This document shows, piece by piece, positions 1-13,888 of a stretch of DNA of 64,000 bases. The notes below the pieces were generated by a model. It saw only the letters and a program-made list of their open reading frames with translations, did not search any database and had not been told where the DNA came from. A program made the position numbers and the translations under genes. This DNA comes from Botryllus schlosseri (lineage: Eukaryota), in contig CM119378.1 of NCBI GenBank assembly GCA_051294905.1, positions 4,032,001 through 4,096,000 of the forward strand, given 5' to 3'. Position 1 is the first letter of the stretch, and each line of letters opens with the position of its first letter.

Positions 1-420
1 TCAACATCGAATTCACGATGTGAAATTTACCACGTGTGTGGTCCCTGGGCTTAGGCCCCGCCACAGTTGGCGTTTGTGATCCGAGAAGGCTCAATGGATG
101 GGTATGGATAGATTTGCTACAGACGCGACAGTGTAAAACAATAACTGTTGACAATCCTACTCATGATTACGACAAAGCTCTTTTTCAGATAGGGACAAAT
201 TGACTATTTCGATGTAGGCCTATGTACCTGGTGCAGTAGGTGCTTCGGCCTAACATGGCATTACATTTCGTCAGCGAATAATCATCATCTCATCACCCTT
301 CTGTCAATGAAATATTTGGAAAAAGCGACAAAACTTCAAAAGGGAGTTTTCTCCATAAGTACTCGGGAGAGAAAAGATATATAGTCATTATAGTTTATAG
401 TCATACGAATATATACTTAC

Positions 421-3400
421 TTGTGCAGCATGGCAAAGGCAGACTCCATCGTCTGTTCGCATTACAAATAGCGTCTGTGGTCGTATTCGGATAAAGATTA
501 TAACCCTCCTCGCAGTTGAATTCGCATACCGACGTGAAAAAGTTATTTCTGCTGCAGGTAATCTTCCCAAACTCCAAATCGCCCGGGCTCTGGCACTGAA
601 TAGCTTAAATCACAATATTATATATAAATGGTTACCTATATTTCAATATTACAGTCTACGAAAGCGGATTGAGCTCATGTTGTATGTAACTACAATCAAT
701 ATTTCCGATATCTTCTGGTGTTATTGAGCATTACAATAATCGGTGCCACAGGATTAACTTCAGTTCAACTAGACTCACGCCGGCATCTCGATATATCTTT
801 GGACCAACGTCCTGATCTATCGTTGCCTTCCCCGATCCCCTCACAAAAGGCGACTTCCACCGCATCTCCGCTTTCGAATGCGTAACCTTCATGGCAAATG
901 AAACTACATGACCGGCCCACCTCGTCACCGTTGCATCTAACCGATCCTTGTGGAATTGAAGTCGGCAACTCACACCTTATGTCTATGAAATCGAGAACTG
1001 TTACGGCCTCGCGTACAGAAATTTCGAAAATATGTGTTATCGACCTTCGCAAGTTGCATATTCGCCTACGTTCCAGACGCCAGTCTTCTCTTCGCCGACG
1101 TCGATGCATGTTTTTGATCCGTCTCCCCGTAAATATTGACCGTGCGGACATGGCCTGTGAGTACATTCCGATCCAACGAAGTGGCCGTTTGTGCAATTGT
1201 AGTCGGCCGAAGACACTTCCATGCATGTTTTAGCTGTGGAATAAATTTGGTGCATCACAAATCTGCCCCGTGCTCAACCAGAAATCGCCAGTAACTCTGG
1301 TATTATGCATGCCTGACAGTACAACTTGAATACGTCGAGGCAGTATTGGGACAATTACGGTCCTATTACATAAGCCATAGCGTCTCTGAGTAGCCTACAT
1401 ATCTGTACTTTCCACATCATCAATACTGTTGTTATGTCATAATACGTGGAACTCGAAGACTCGAATCGACTCGACTCGATATAGAATCGAATCGCAGCCT
1501 ACAAGCAAAACAAAACGGAATATGCTGGACAATAGCAGTCTCTTCGACTATATAACAACTGTCAAAGTCTGAAAAATGCTCACAAGCTTGTGTGCAGTGT
1601 GCACTGCATGGGACTTCGCTATATAGGTAATATACTCTATATTCTATGGGTAATACACTGTGTGTACTCACGCTCGCATACAGGTTTAGGATTACTCCAT
1701 AACCCTACTACCGTAGTCCCGGCTTCACATCTTGTGGTCGACGAGCCCACCATGTAGAAATTGGCATCGCATGCGAAGATGCACTGGTCGCCGACTGTAA
1801 TCCTCTGCGGGGAATCCTTCGTTATGCATGATGTTGATCCGTGCTCCAAACCCCCGATGGGCAGGCAGATTATCTCTGTAAAATATATATGGTTTTCGTC
1901 ATCTGCGTTAGTCGCTGTGCCGGGTCAGATTACTCTGGTATTAATGAGTGCTTCACTAACTTAACTTAACTAACTTCAGCAACATAAATAACTTATCTTA
2001 TAAATCCTAAACTATTTGGATTTACATACATACATATCTATATTGGCATATCTTCACCTCGATTCACTTGTCATTTAACAGATATGATTGTGCTAGACAG
2101 GGGTTCTCAACCCGCGGCCCGCGGGCGGCCCGCGACGTCATTCATTCATTATGAACGCAATTACTACTGGCACTGTGTTGTTACATATTAATTGTATTTG
2201 TGATTGTAATTAACTACTCATTCTTTGTTGTGTTCTAGTTTCTTGGTATATGCGTGAGTTGATTGTTTTGAATCGGTATTTAGCTGGACTCTTGTTCCAA
2301 GAGATTTCCGCTGTAGTGTAGAACACTTTTAAAGAGTGTTTCACTCGCCGCGAATCGTTTAAACAGAAACATGAACAAGGAACGGGAAATTAAACAGCGA
2401 AAACTGGGTTTGCTTTCTCAGATATTAATGGAAAACCGATGTGTCATGTTTGTCGAAGAACAGTTGTCGTAACGAAGCGTAGGAGCTTAAAATGATGCCA
2501 CGACCAGTTTCTTCTGTATAGTTTTACATATCGCCTGATCTTAGAAAACGTTACCAGCTATAGGTGTCAAGCCGGAAATCCATATTCAGAGGCGTTGTTA
2601 GAATTGCCGACGATGTTAAAGACGCATCGTTCGAAATTGCTCGGTGTAATGCGAAAACCAAGAAATATGCTAGAGAAGGTGTCATTTCAATAAAACTTTA
2701 ACATACTGTGCGAATATTCGCTGTTTCCGAATCTTAGCAGCAAGGACAACATCACCTGACAAATTTCGAAGCTGCAGTTATCTGATTGAACCGTGACCAG
2801 AAGAGTAACAGCAATGTCAGTCGATCGTTTACCACATGTTCTGAAACACGTTGCCGCGTATAGACTCACATTAGCCACCTGGCATTGAACAAATCCACCG
2901 ACTCAACAGACATTGCATAGCTAATTATCGGGGTGCATTTTATCACAGTGGACATATTTGCAGAGGAAATACTGGCACGGCAAACGTCGGGAGGGGACCA
3001 GCGTAAATCATCAACTTGACCACGGTGACTTTTGTAACTATTGGTGCAAGGCTCTATCCATGGGAGGAAATGAAAAAGGTTGATTGGATTCCTCAGAAAT
3101 GACCCCTTCTCATATTACAGAGAGCTCAATGTGATAATGGCCTCTGTCACGAAAAAGTTACCGTAATTTTGAACTTTCTCGCTCACGCATTGAGACATAC
3201 AGTTAGGTTATATTGTGGACGGGTTAGTTTAAAGGTGCATATACCGAATTGGCAACGAATGCATTACATACGCTCCATTACTTGCGCCGCTGGAAGAAAC
3301 ATATTCTCACAAAAAACAGCAACCGCAAATTTACGAACGCTGTCCAAGTCCATTAATGCCTTAGAATGCGTAAAAATTTACTAAATGCCCGTATACGACT

Positions 3401-6400
3401 CGTAAATAGGCTACAGTAGCCTAAATTTAATAGTAGCCCACAAATACTTGGTAATATTTTTTTGCGGCCCGCAGCGTTTTTTGCTGTTAAAATGCGGCCC
3501 GTTATACAAGGGAAGTTGAGAACCCCTGTGCTAGAAGGATATTCCTACCTTCACAATATCCTGTAAAAAATGACCACAAACCATCTTCCCTACATGTTAT
3601 GCTGCGGTCTCCGTCAAGTAAATACCCCGCAGAACATTTGACGCTGTAAATATATTGGGAGACTTAGATTTTAAAGTGATAGTCGCAGATTTGAACGTCT
3701 TTAAATACCTGCATTCGCTTCCGTAGTCTACGCCTAAAGTACAGCTGTCCACTAACAGGTTTGGCCCCAGCGCCGCCTGGAGAGCGTTGCATTTGATTAC
3801 GCCGCACGCCGCTGAGGAAGGCACAAAAATCGGTTCATCGCCCGATCCTGTATCTGAAAGCACAACAAATTTTCCTTCAAACCCGCCCGTTCATATAGGT
3901 TTTGAATAGGGATGGTGTGAACGTGAGGTTCACGTTCGCGTTCTGTGTGTGAACCTCGGAAATTTAGAGGTTCGTGTTCACAAACGAATCTTGGCAGGTT
4001 CTGCACTGTGAACCTTTTGGTAAATTGTAATTTTCACTCCATTATAAGATCTTTGGCTCAAATTTATTGCATTTCAACTGCGGGCCACTCCTTGCATGGT
4101 GCTGGCAGCATAAGAAATCAACGCTTAACGAGCATGCACCATGCACCTCGACAACCTTAAAAGTTTTAGTTGCTTTGTTGCAAAACTTTTCTCGGAATAA
4201 CCAGCTTTCCCTTTGTGAATATTTAGTGACTATCTGCTGTGAGCTTGACCCGCAATCACACAGCATCACGAGCGATATACGTAGTCAGCGAATGATGCTT
4301 ATTCAACCAATCAATGACATTGATATCGTCTTCTGATGTATAAAATCGAACGGGCGTACGGGGTCAATTTTTACTTCATATCTTTACTGTATCATCAAAA
4401 CCAAATCCGTGCGATTAAGGTGCTTGCTACTGCTGCATAACTTGTTGTTGTTTGTGGTATCGGTAGCGAGTATTGATACCCGTTGTACACTCTGCTCAAT
4501 ATCAATGTAGCAATACTCAGACTCCGGACACATTGTCCGGTCTGGCTAAGACCGTTAAGGCGTAAGCTTATATTCCTTGGTAAGTCCTCGTCGAAATTGT
4601 TGGCAAAGCGACGGAATGTATTGATTTTACGCAATTATTATATCCTTTGATTACCGCTGTTGATACATTTAGCGACGTTTAAAACGCCGATATGTACTTC
4701 AGCATAGTGGCATTATGTGGACCGAGTCTTCGCTAGGTATCGTGTACATTAATATAGGCTATCACTTCATTGGGAGATAGGGTTGGAATTAGCAGTATGA
4801 CGTCACATGACGTCACGAGGTTCACGTTCGTGTTCACACAGAACCTTTCAAAAAGGTTCGCGTTCACACGAACCTGAACCTTTCAGAGGTTCACACCATC
4901 CCTAGTTTTGAATATTAAATACACACCTGTACAAATTGCGTCAGGATTTCCCAGCCATTGGTATCCTGTATCGCAGCTAATCACACACGTATCTCCCACT
5001 TGGTCTCCCGTGCAGTTAATAGCATCGCCATTCGTCACTTTCGTTTTTTCTTCACATATGTTTTCTGTGCGTATATACGCAGATCATGGAATTGCAATTA
5101 CGCAAATTGATTAGAAGTTTATTGCTTGTATTGTTTATAAAAGCCGACAGGTGCCCAACAACACTCCCGTGCCAGGGTTGACCAAGCGTAAGTCTCGTTT
5201 CTGAGTTCAAAAAATGTACAGTTCCTTAATTCTAATTATTTTGTTTAGATTATGTTCGTTTAGAGCAGTGTCTCCCAAACTTTTTTGAGCTACCGCCCCC
5301 CTGGACAACGAATGAAGGGTCACCGCCCCCCGACTCCCCCCTTGACACGCCTGATCATAAAACGGAAGTGCGTCTGCATTTAATACAGCTAATAATGAGA
5401 CGAATGAAGCTGGTGTATCATTATCATCATTCTCGTTATATTGGGTTTGAGTTTTGATAGGAACAATATCAGTTTAAAATCTCCAGTGTTCACTTCATGT
5501 AGGCCTACTGGCAAGTCGGTTTCTGACGTGAGTCAGGAACTTGGTCACGGCGCTGAGAATACGTTCAATCGAACATATGCGGGGAAGGACAATGACGAAA
5601 AAGCCAACCCGACAGAGTGTTTATTTTTTCTTCAATTTTCAGACGTACAATATTGAAGTAAAATCAACAAAAATGTTAATTTTTTCCGAGTTAGTAGCTG
5701 ATAGACTAAAAAAGGTCATTTTTTCTGGCTCAGGTCCCAAAAAAATCCGCCGAGCGCTGATTTCATATATCTCAGTCCAATTTTTACGTAGGCCTACATT
5801 TAACCAAAAGTTTCGAAAAATAGGACATAATCTCAAAAAAGAGGACATTTAGGCGTCCTACGAGGACACTTTCAAACAAGAGGACAAATCCTCTTAGAAT
5901 AGGACGTTTGGTACCCTAACTACATTGTAATCAGCCGCTCGAACATTTCCCGCCTGGAAACTACACAGAATGGATTGATTATCTGGTGAGGAATTTCTAA
6001 TTGGAATATATAATGGAACCAAATCAACATCCTCGTATAATTTTGTGAGATGATTGATTCATTTTTCTCCATCAAAATCAGGTATTCGACCTGGACCGGT
6101 AGCCCAAAGCAAGCTTGAGAATTGGAACAGTTGTTGTGTCGCAAAATTTTGGTGAATTATCACGGACTTGTCACCGAATACGGACAGTGTCATGTTAACC
6201 TCTATCGTTACTAGGGCTGGGCAAAATCGAGTACTTGAGTGATTTGATTCTGAATCACGTATTTTGCTTCGAGTCGAGTATTCGAGTATTACTCATTATG
6301 ACGCAATATTAGTATATAAGATACCAAGGTTCAAATATGTATCTTTATGCCACCACAAAAAATACAATGCCTGTTATCCATCACATTAAAGATACTTTGG

Positions 6401-9400
6401 TAATATTTTGACCCTACCGATTTCATTTCACTTTGTGACAATGTTGTGGGAGGATCCTGACTTCGTAAATGTGTTATTTCCAGTAACGCTCGTAGCTTTG
6501 TACGATGTCTCGTATGCTGCGACACGGCCAACCAAGGTTTCATGGCTTCCACAGTGGAAAATAGCATCAAAACCATAATTCTCGTCGATAAAATAACTTT
6601 CAGTGCCGAGGAGCGTATAATTTCAATACTCGAAAAATCGTCTTTTGCTACTCGACTCGAATCATTAGAATAATTACTCGATTCAGATTCGAGTACTCGA
6701 ATCATTGTGCCCAGCCCTAATCGTTACTAAGAACGGATATATTCTACTCTTAAATTTCTGAGAAATACGACCGTCAAGCAGGAGGGATGTCGTTTCTCGC
6801 AAGCGGAACGCCGTGTCGAAGGCCACGGTGGCAGCGCTGTGGAAAATCCACGATAGTTTGAAACAGATAATAAAATGACCCACGACAGTTTCTCTTAAAA
6901 AGCCATCACATCTTGCAGTGAGCAATAACTGCTCAAATACACTTCGTAGTTCTCACAACAGCACACAATGAACCCCGCTCTTCGGCGATGCTGCCGACTG
7001 CTAAACTAGTCTATTGATGATTAGGATTAACATTGTCAAGTAACAATCGACTTTTCCGGTACAGCTGAATGAATAGACGGACGACCCTAAATTGCTGTTA
7101 CTGAATCTATTATGCATTTTTACTGCGAATCTAGCTGCTTTATTAATCAATCGTTTCAACACTATACGCAGCAGTTGCCTTAAACCTACACCAACGCGTT
7201 TGCTCTCAACGCCCCCCTACCGCCCAATTTTGCTAGCCAGCGCCCCCCAATCGCCCATTCCATGGCCAGCGCCCCCTTCACGCTCGCGAACGCCCCCCAG
7301 GGGGGCGCTGGCGCCCACTTTGGGAACCACTGGTTTAGAGAGAGATAAATATTGTTAACCGTACCCAATGAATATTATTAACCATCCAATGACTGTATCC
7401 AAAAGAACCAAAGCGCTACGCGGTAGCATCAAGAGTAGGCTAGTATTAGTTCTTACAATAATGTACCAGAATATTATCGCCTCCAATCAGCCCAAGAACT
7501 GTTACAGAGGTAGCCTGTAGAAAAGGGGTTCTTAACCTTTTTATTGAAAACTGTGTATGATAATGAATTGATAAAATGAGCTTCTTTCTGTAAGCTATAT
7601 ACATGGGTGGCATTGTAAATTGAATACACGGTGCACTGCACATGCAGTATCTTACTTCTGCAAGTCGGCACCTGGCCTCTCCATATTCCTGTGCTGCTGT
7701 CGCCGTCTCCGGTACAGGTGATAAATCTATTTCGACCTTGGATTCTGAATCCCGTTTCACAAGCGAATATACAGGTATCGCCGTAATTTGTGCCGGTACA
7801 TTCCATCACTATTCCACTCGTCGGTGGTAAAGCTTTGCATGAAATGGCTGAAAGAGAATCATTTCATTTTTTTTTGGTGGCGATTCATGTCATTTGCAGG
7901 GTTATAGTTTTAGAGAGCCTAGAGAAAAGATTAAGGGTAAATAGTGTGGCATTACTGTATATAAGTTAGGGTTGTCATACGTCCAGAATTTCCCGGATGG
8001 GGACTACCACCCTCGCAAAACTGCGACCAAAAATAAATAAAAATAGCATTTATTTACTGAAATAAGTCAAATTGTAATCTCAATTACACGACAACGGTAT
8101 ATCCATAGAGTCGGTTTAGGCCGTTTGGATGCTTTATTCAAAGATAGTGGTTCTAAACCTGCGGGTAGTTTGCTTTTACTCTGGAGGTCGCGAAGATGTT
8201 GAACGTACTCATATAGCTTCCAAAATAGGCCGTGAGTAAGTCTGGGCAAATTTGCCGACCTTTAATTAGTAATCAGCTTATCAAATTTGGAGATGGGCCA
8301 CGGCAAATGCGAAATGTAGTCGCAAACATAAAAGGTTGTAAACCACCGGATGTGCGGTGTTTATATAGCTCAGTGGTGTAGTGCGCACTGGCATTAGGCT
8401 AATCAATAATCTTATCGTTGTGACATGAACACGACTTAACGATGTAGAATTACGCTACTTGCATTTTCCAAGTCGTCATCATCATCCTTCACCAGCTCTA
8501 ACGCTAACTCTGATCATGTGGGCGGAGAGAGGGTCATAATAAGCCTATATAGTAGTTTATGGAAGAACCAATATTCTTGACATATTTCATTCGAATCATT
8601 TAACGACCAGGTGCATATATTAAGCCCCAGAAGTTGCATCGATTACCCTATGGTAGGCTCAAAAACAGTGTTCATTTGTGCGTAAGGGGGCTGAAAAATG
8701 TGACTTCGGCCCTGGTTCACTTACAACTCACAGTCACATACTCCTGAACCGGATCGTGACCACCTCTAGTAGATAGACAAGGCTTTGCTGGTGTGACGTC
8801 ATATTGATCGACAATGTGCTCATACCTCATTTTAAAATCCACTGGTGGGCGCTAAAGAGCGCCCGGAATATATATCACAAATTATGGTAACCCTGATATG
8901 AATATAATAATGCAAGCGTGTTCTCGAGACACGATCAGACATTATACCTTCACAGTGCGGCTTATCTGTCGTACTTGTTGACCAGGTTCCATCGTCTTGG
9001 CATCGCGTTTCATACCGCGGTCGAGCTGGAACCGTTCCTCCTGGACATGATATTCTAAATTGATAACGAATGATCGTCTATGTGGGTGAAGTCTGTAGAG
9101 TGTTGGTCAGCATAGGTTATACTTACAGACACGTGCTATCGATTTGTACCCCGTTGGTGCAAGATTCCCAGAAGCCTATCGATAAAGGCGGTAACGATGC
9201 CGGACACGTCGTCGTTATACACCGTGGGGAAGATGCGATATCGAATTCCACATTTGGTCCATTTTCTGTTTTGTGTACAGGAAAAATGATCCATTTATAT
9301 ATAACCTTAACTGTATATGTGGCACCGATTTTGATGATATCCGAGCCTCCCGGCCATATTAGCTATCGCAGAAAACTGCTTTGTTTTCGCGTTGCGATGA

Positions 9401-10990
9401 TGACAACAACAACAAAGGAAGTATAAACTGTCCTCTATATCTATAGTAGTAAATCTTACCGACGCACGTTGTTTCCGATCGCCCCACGAGCGTAAATCCG
9501 CTGTTGCAAGCGAATTCACAAATGGTTCCGAGCATCGGCCTATCGCCATCATCAGTGCAGAACACAGAGCCGTCAATAGGAGTATCGGGACGGATACACT
9601 GACTCGCTAAAAAGGACATACACTTGTCCCGATAATCTTGTAGGGTATTTCTGCACACATTTTGCGATAGTGAAAATCACTGTTGATCGCAAATTCATCT
9701 TACATCGAACTTCCAGTGTCGGTTGGACGACTTCTTCCTCGACGCACTTATCATTCCGGTTACATAGATCTGTGTTGCAGCAGCAGTGACAAACCGAATT
9801 TTTCTTTCCTTCGTTGCATTGCACGGGATACCACGCCGGTCGATCGTTCTATTCGAAATAGTTTGGTCGGGTTTAAACTTAGCTGTGTTTCGGAGGATTA
9901 TCAGGTATATACTTTTGTTCGGGTAATGGAATATATAGGTGATAATGTAATCCAGCTCAGAATTATCTGTTGTGGGACCTTTCAAGATGATAATATCGGA
10001 GGTAACAGTTGGTCTAACAGACGCTATGTGCGTACGTCGAATTTCGAATACAGACCCGAACACAACGTCCATTGTTGTGTTCGGGTCTGTATTCGAAATT
10101 CGACGAATTTTACGAATAATGGGTCAAGCGGTTGCCCGACATATGAGCATGCGACACAATGGAAAACGACAGCTCAGCATGGAACACATCAGCATGCGTC
10201 ACTTCAGCATGTGACTGTATAACCCAAAAACTTACCCTAACCCGAAACATAGCCTAACCTAACCTAACCTAGCCTAACCTAACCTAAACCCTAACCCTAA
10301 CCCAACCATAAACCTAACCTAACCTACCCCTAACCCGTAATTTAACCCACACGCTCATGTGTCGCATGCCGAATTGTCGCATGCCGAAGTGTCGCATGCT
10401 GTAATGTCGCATGCTCATATGTCCACGGACCGGGTCAAGCATATCTACAGCCAGTCCTGTCGTATAGTGGAATTAGTAATCCTAAAACTGTCTGGGACAA
10501 GCCATGTTCTATGAAGAGCAGGAGTCTCGTGAAAGCATACCTGCCCTGCTCTGGAGTTGCAGCAAAATCCAAATATAATCCATGCCGCTAATCACGTATG
10601 ATTTACACAGAACCAGTTAACGTTACCTGAATTTCGTTGTTCATGCAGGCCAGCGTTTGTTTGCATCGTTTTGTGATGTAGGTGCGCCCTTCGTAAATTC
10701 TCACCTGGGAATGGCACGAACCCTGAATACCAACGTAATGCGTTATGGATATATGCCATCAGACGCAATCTCAAAATCATATTACTTCATTGTCGAGACA
10801 ATCCGCAATTCCTCCTTCTTCAAAACACTTTTCGTGGCTCGCCGCGCTATCACAAACGATACATTTGAGGGCTGTTAAAATACGATGCTCTTGATTTTTG
10901 GTCACAATCCAGCAATCGTTGCTACATACCTTCGTTTCCAGTCGTGACGCACAGAATTAATATACTAATCAAGACTGTTCCTGGGTACAT
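421..10990 (-). CDS. Secreted or surface protein: signal peptide, Ly6/uPAR-like (three-finger) domain and at least 9 sushi/CCP domains; 3' part continues beyond window start
   Basis: 15 exons with GT-AG ends and matching phases: 10990-10930 (MYPGTVLISILILCVTTGNE), 10871-10786, 10722-10627, 9848-9704 (..SVCHCCCNTDLCN), 9606-9460, 9265-9127, 9054-8948, 7847-7656, 5064-4927, 3853-3709, 3643-3549, 1875-1672, 1233-1045, 982-779, 603-421. About 710 codons with no stop. The CCP pattern C..C.F.C..G[FY]..C...G.W....C recurs. Confidence 0.92.
2098..3528 (+). mobile_element. Degenerate hAT (Charlie/Buster/SPIN-type) DNA transposon with transposase remnants, intronic
   Basis: 14-bp TIR CAGGGGTTCTCAAC; TGCTAGA duplicated on both sides. 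Decayed peptides GKPMCHVCRRTVVVTKRRSLK* and LALNKSTDSTDIA*L resemble the Buster zinc-finger and LALDESTD motifs. Confidence 0.85.
3907..4904. mobile_element. Non-autonomous hAT-type element, family A (998 bp)
   Basis: TIR TAGGGATGGTGTGAAC; perfect 8-bp TSD GTTTTGAA; second copy at 45905-47505. Confidence 0.92.
5266..7332. mobile_element. Non-autonomous hAT (Charlie-type) element containing nested insertions
   Basis: TIRs CAGTGTCTCCCAAA and TTTGGGAACCACTG; perfect 8-bp TSD GTTTAGAG. Confidence 0.85.
6212..6719. mobile_element. hAT-type MITE nested in 5266-7332
   Basis: TIR TAGGGCTGGGCA, subterminal TCGAGTAC/ACTCGA repeats and a perfect TSD ATCGTTAC. Confidence 0.9.
7967..8895. mobile_element. 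Old hAT (Blackjack-like) element
   Basis: Imperfect TIRs TAGGGTTGTCATA and TATGGTAACCCTG; degenerate TSD ATATAAGT/ATATGAAT. Related ends at ~5900-5919, 21219-21556 and ~58480-58667. Confidence 0.5.
10035..10105. repeat. Perfect 32-bp inverted repeat with a 7-nt loop
   Basis: CGTCGAATTTCGAATACAGACCCGAACACAAC, then GTCCATT, then the exact reverse complement. Confidence 0.95.
10130..10431. mobile_element. MULE-like MITE with a 9-bp TSD and a telomere-like (CCTAA/CCCTAA)n core
   Basis: TSD GGGTCAAGC at 10121-10129 and 10432-10440; imperfect TIR sharing GACATATGAGCATGCGACA. Confidence 0.8.
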
Positions 10991-11036
10991 GGCGACTTTC
11001 GAATTGCTGCAGTGAATACCTAACTACATGTCGTTC

Positions 11037-11046
11037 TTTTATATAA
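11037..11046 (-). promoter_or_regulatory. Probable TATA box of the Ly6/sushi gene
   Basis: TATATAAAAG on the minus strand, about 30 nt upstream of an Inr-like TCACT (~11011-11015) and about 50 nt upstream of the ATG, which is in good context (gccATG). Confidence 0.55.
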
Positions 11047-11622
11047 GCGCAGTCGAAGAATAAATATTTTTAACCCGACCGATTAGAATCCTTGTAACTT
11101 CGATGCTTAATTTGGATTATAGGTTTAGAGATACATCCGATTGATATCCATCTTGTCTTCACGTCCAAATCCATTGTTTAGAGGACGACTGTAGCAAACA
11201 ATCTGAGGCTTGGAAAAGGAGCCTGTGGCTTAATCGTAATGAAGATACAGGACGGCTGGCCTATGATGTATATATTATCAGTTGCTGCGCACGCCTGGAT
11301 GATTAAAGGTCTACATTTCTGTTCATGTGTTATTAACAAATCCGAAATGTTTCGAATTGCTTTATTGGCGAATGGTTTGCCGAATTAATCTGATATCATT
11401 CTCGTGCTGTTCACGATTTTTCAAAACAATGAAAACTTTACGTTGATTAATGATGCAGACTTGTGTAGTGGGTAGTCGATACGCGGTGGCAAAGTCGGTC
11501 ACCAGCTCAGCTCAAATGGATAATTTATAGCTTTACGACACTCACTCCGCTCTGGATAACTAGTATAAAGTCATATATACAACTAAACATAATATATAGT
11601 GTATACTACAGTATACACTAGC

Positions 11623-13888
11623 CAGGGCCGTAACTGCCGTACCCCAAACCCCCCAATTAGGGGGGGCGAGCTCGAAGGGGGCCCAAAATTATTTCGTGAA
11701 TTATCATAAATTATAGAGTATTTTTTGAAAATTTATGCAACTTTTTCAAAATTTTTTTGCGCTAGCCGCGATTGCAAGTTGCCAAATATCTTGATTTTGT
11801 GGTAATCATCCCCCAAGAAAAAATACGCAAGATTTATAGAAATGGGCATATCGTCGTTGGCCATTACCGGGACACGATGCACCAAGACATATAGTTTTAG
11901 GCCATGTAACATGCGACTCTAAGAAGTGTGCCAGAACGATCGACAGCGAGAAAACCTTGGCCGAAAAGGACTGCCCGTATTCTGACCGAAAACTTCGTTA
12001 TATATGCAAAATACATATAGGTTTAATTAGGCGCCTGAATGACTGGCGCCGATTGTTCCTGTCTTTGCAATCTGAACCTCACAAGACAAATACCCAGCAC
12101 CGTAACTGCCGCACCCCAAACCCCCCAATTGGGGGGGGGGCGAGCTCGAAGGGGGGCCCGAATTATTTCGTGAATTAGCGTAAATTATAGAGTATTTTTT
12201 GAAAATTTATGCAATTTTTTCCAAAATTTTTCGCGCTGCGCGCTATTTAAAGTTGCCGAATATTTTGATTATTTGGTACTCTTCCCCCAAGAAAAAACAA
12301 TCAAGATTTATAGAAATGGACATATCGGCGTTGGCCATTAACACGCCACTACGCACCAAGATATATATAACGATTTAGGACTTATTACATGCGACTCCAA
12401 GAAGTGTGCCAGAACGATCGGCAGCGCGAAAAGCTTGACCGAAACGGACTGCCCTTACGCAGCCCGAAAACTTCGTTATATATACAAAATAATAGGTTTA
12501 ATTGTCCATAGGCGCCTAAATGACTGGCGCCATATGTTCCTGTCTTGGCAATCTGAACCTCAGAAGACAAATACCATCCAGCAGGAAAAAAATATATGCC
12601 AGTGAAGAAATACCAATTTGAAATCGTGTGCGTCTTTTAGTTTAGTACGTTTGAGCGATTCTATATTTTTGATATAGCAGACAGGAGGTCACGAAATAAA
12701 ATCATATGTAACGAAATCATACCAACGGGTCCGCCCGCCCGAATTTGTTTAATTATTATTTACGGGCCCTACAGTTTCCGGTAAATCTGATAACGTAAGC
12801 AGAGAGGACAAGATATTGATAGCAATATATATGCAATTCCCGATATTATTGGCCGATTGTATCATGAATTGTCGAGCTTGCTCACTAAACAGTGCAGCTA
12901 ATTTCTTGTCAAAAGCGAACACTGTGATGAGGGGTCGGTTTATCACCCTATGAGAACCCAAAACCGAAATTTTTGTGAGAGGGCGGGGCTGACGAAGTGC
13001 TGTTTCGTTCCTGCCGACGGGTATACGCCCGAAGATGTCTAATCATTATTGGGCGGTCCTATACGTGTTAAAACATACCTCGCTCAGCTCTACCGGTAAA
13101 TCTGATTACGTGAGCAATGAGAGGATCAAAATTGATAGCAATATATATGTAATTCCCGATCATATTGCCCGATTCAATCATGAATTACTGAACTTTTCGC
13201 GCTTCGCGCGTCTAGGCGGGAAAAGGGGTCTCACCAAACGAACACTGAATGTGGATGTGAAATAGCGTCAAAAAGCGAACAGCCAATAGGGGGTCTGGGG
13301 GGCGGAGCCCCCCAGAAGTCGGGTTTATCACCCCATGGGGGGCCCAGGGCCAACGTTTTGGGGGGGCCTGACGAAGTGCTGTTACGGCCCTGCAAATACC
13401 ATCGCGCAGGGAAAAATTATGTGCCAGTGCAGAAATACCAATTTGAAATCGTGTGCGTCTTTTAGTTTAGTAGCCTACGTTTGGGCGATTCTATATTTTG
13501 ATATAGCAGACTGGAGGTCACGAAATAACATCATATTACGGAGTCATACCTACGGGCCCTACAGTTTCCATAACACCTCACTCAGCTCTACCTGTAAATC
13601 TGATTACATGAGCAGAGAGAGAATAAAATTTGATAGCAATATGCATGCAATTCCCGATCATATTGACCGATTCAATCATCAATTAGATCAATTTTTCGCC
13701 CTTCGCGCGTGCAGGCGAGAAAAGCTGACTCAGCAAACGGCCCCGAATGTAGATGATAAGTAGCGATAAATAGTGTACAACGTGGGGGGGTTGGGGGGCG
13801 AAGCCCCCCAGAAGTTGGGTTTATCATCATATGGGGACCCAAGACCAACGTTTTGGGGGTGGGCCGACGAAGTGCTGTTACGGCCCTG
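11623..13888. mobile_element. Non-autonomous hAT-type element, family B, outer copy
   Basis: TIR CAGGGCCGTAAC/GTTACGGCCCTG; perfect TSD ACACTAGC. Partial relatives at ~19850-20124, ~47964-48870 and ~57236-57300. Confidence 0.9.
12095..13392. mobile_element. Family B inner copy nested within the outer copy
   Basis: Ends CAGCACCGTAAC and GTTACGGCCCTG; perfect TSD CAAATACC (12087-94 and 13393-400). Confidence 0.88.

Noticed and set aside
10220..10347. Chromosome end or fusion scar
   Set aside because: The repeats are short, degenerate and bounded by TIRs and a 9-bp TSD, so they are part of a transposon.
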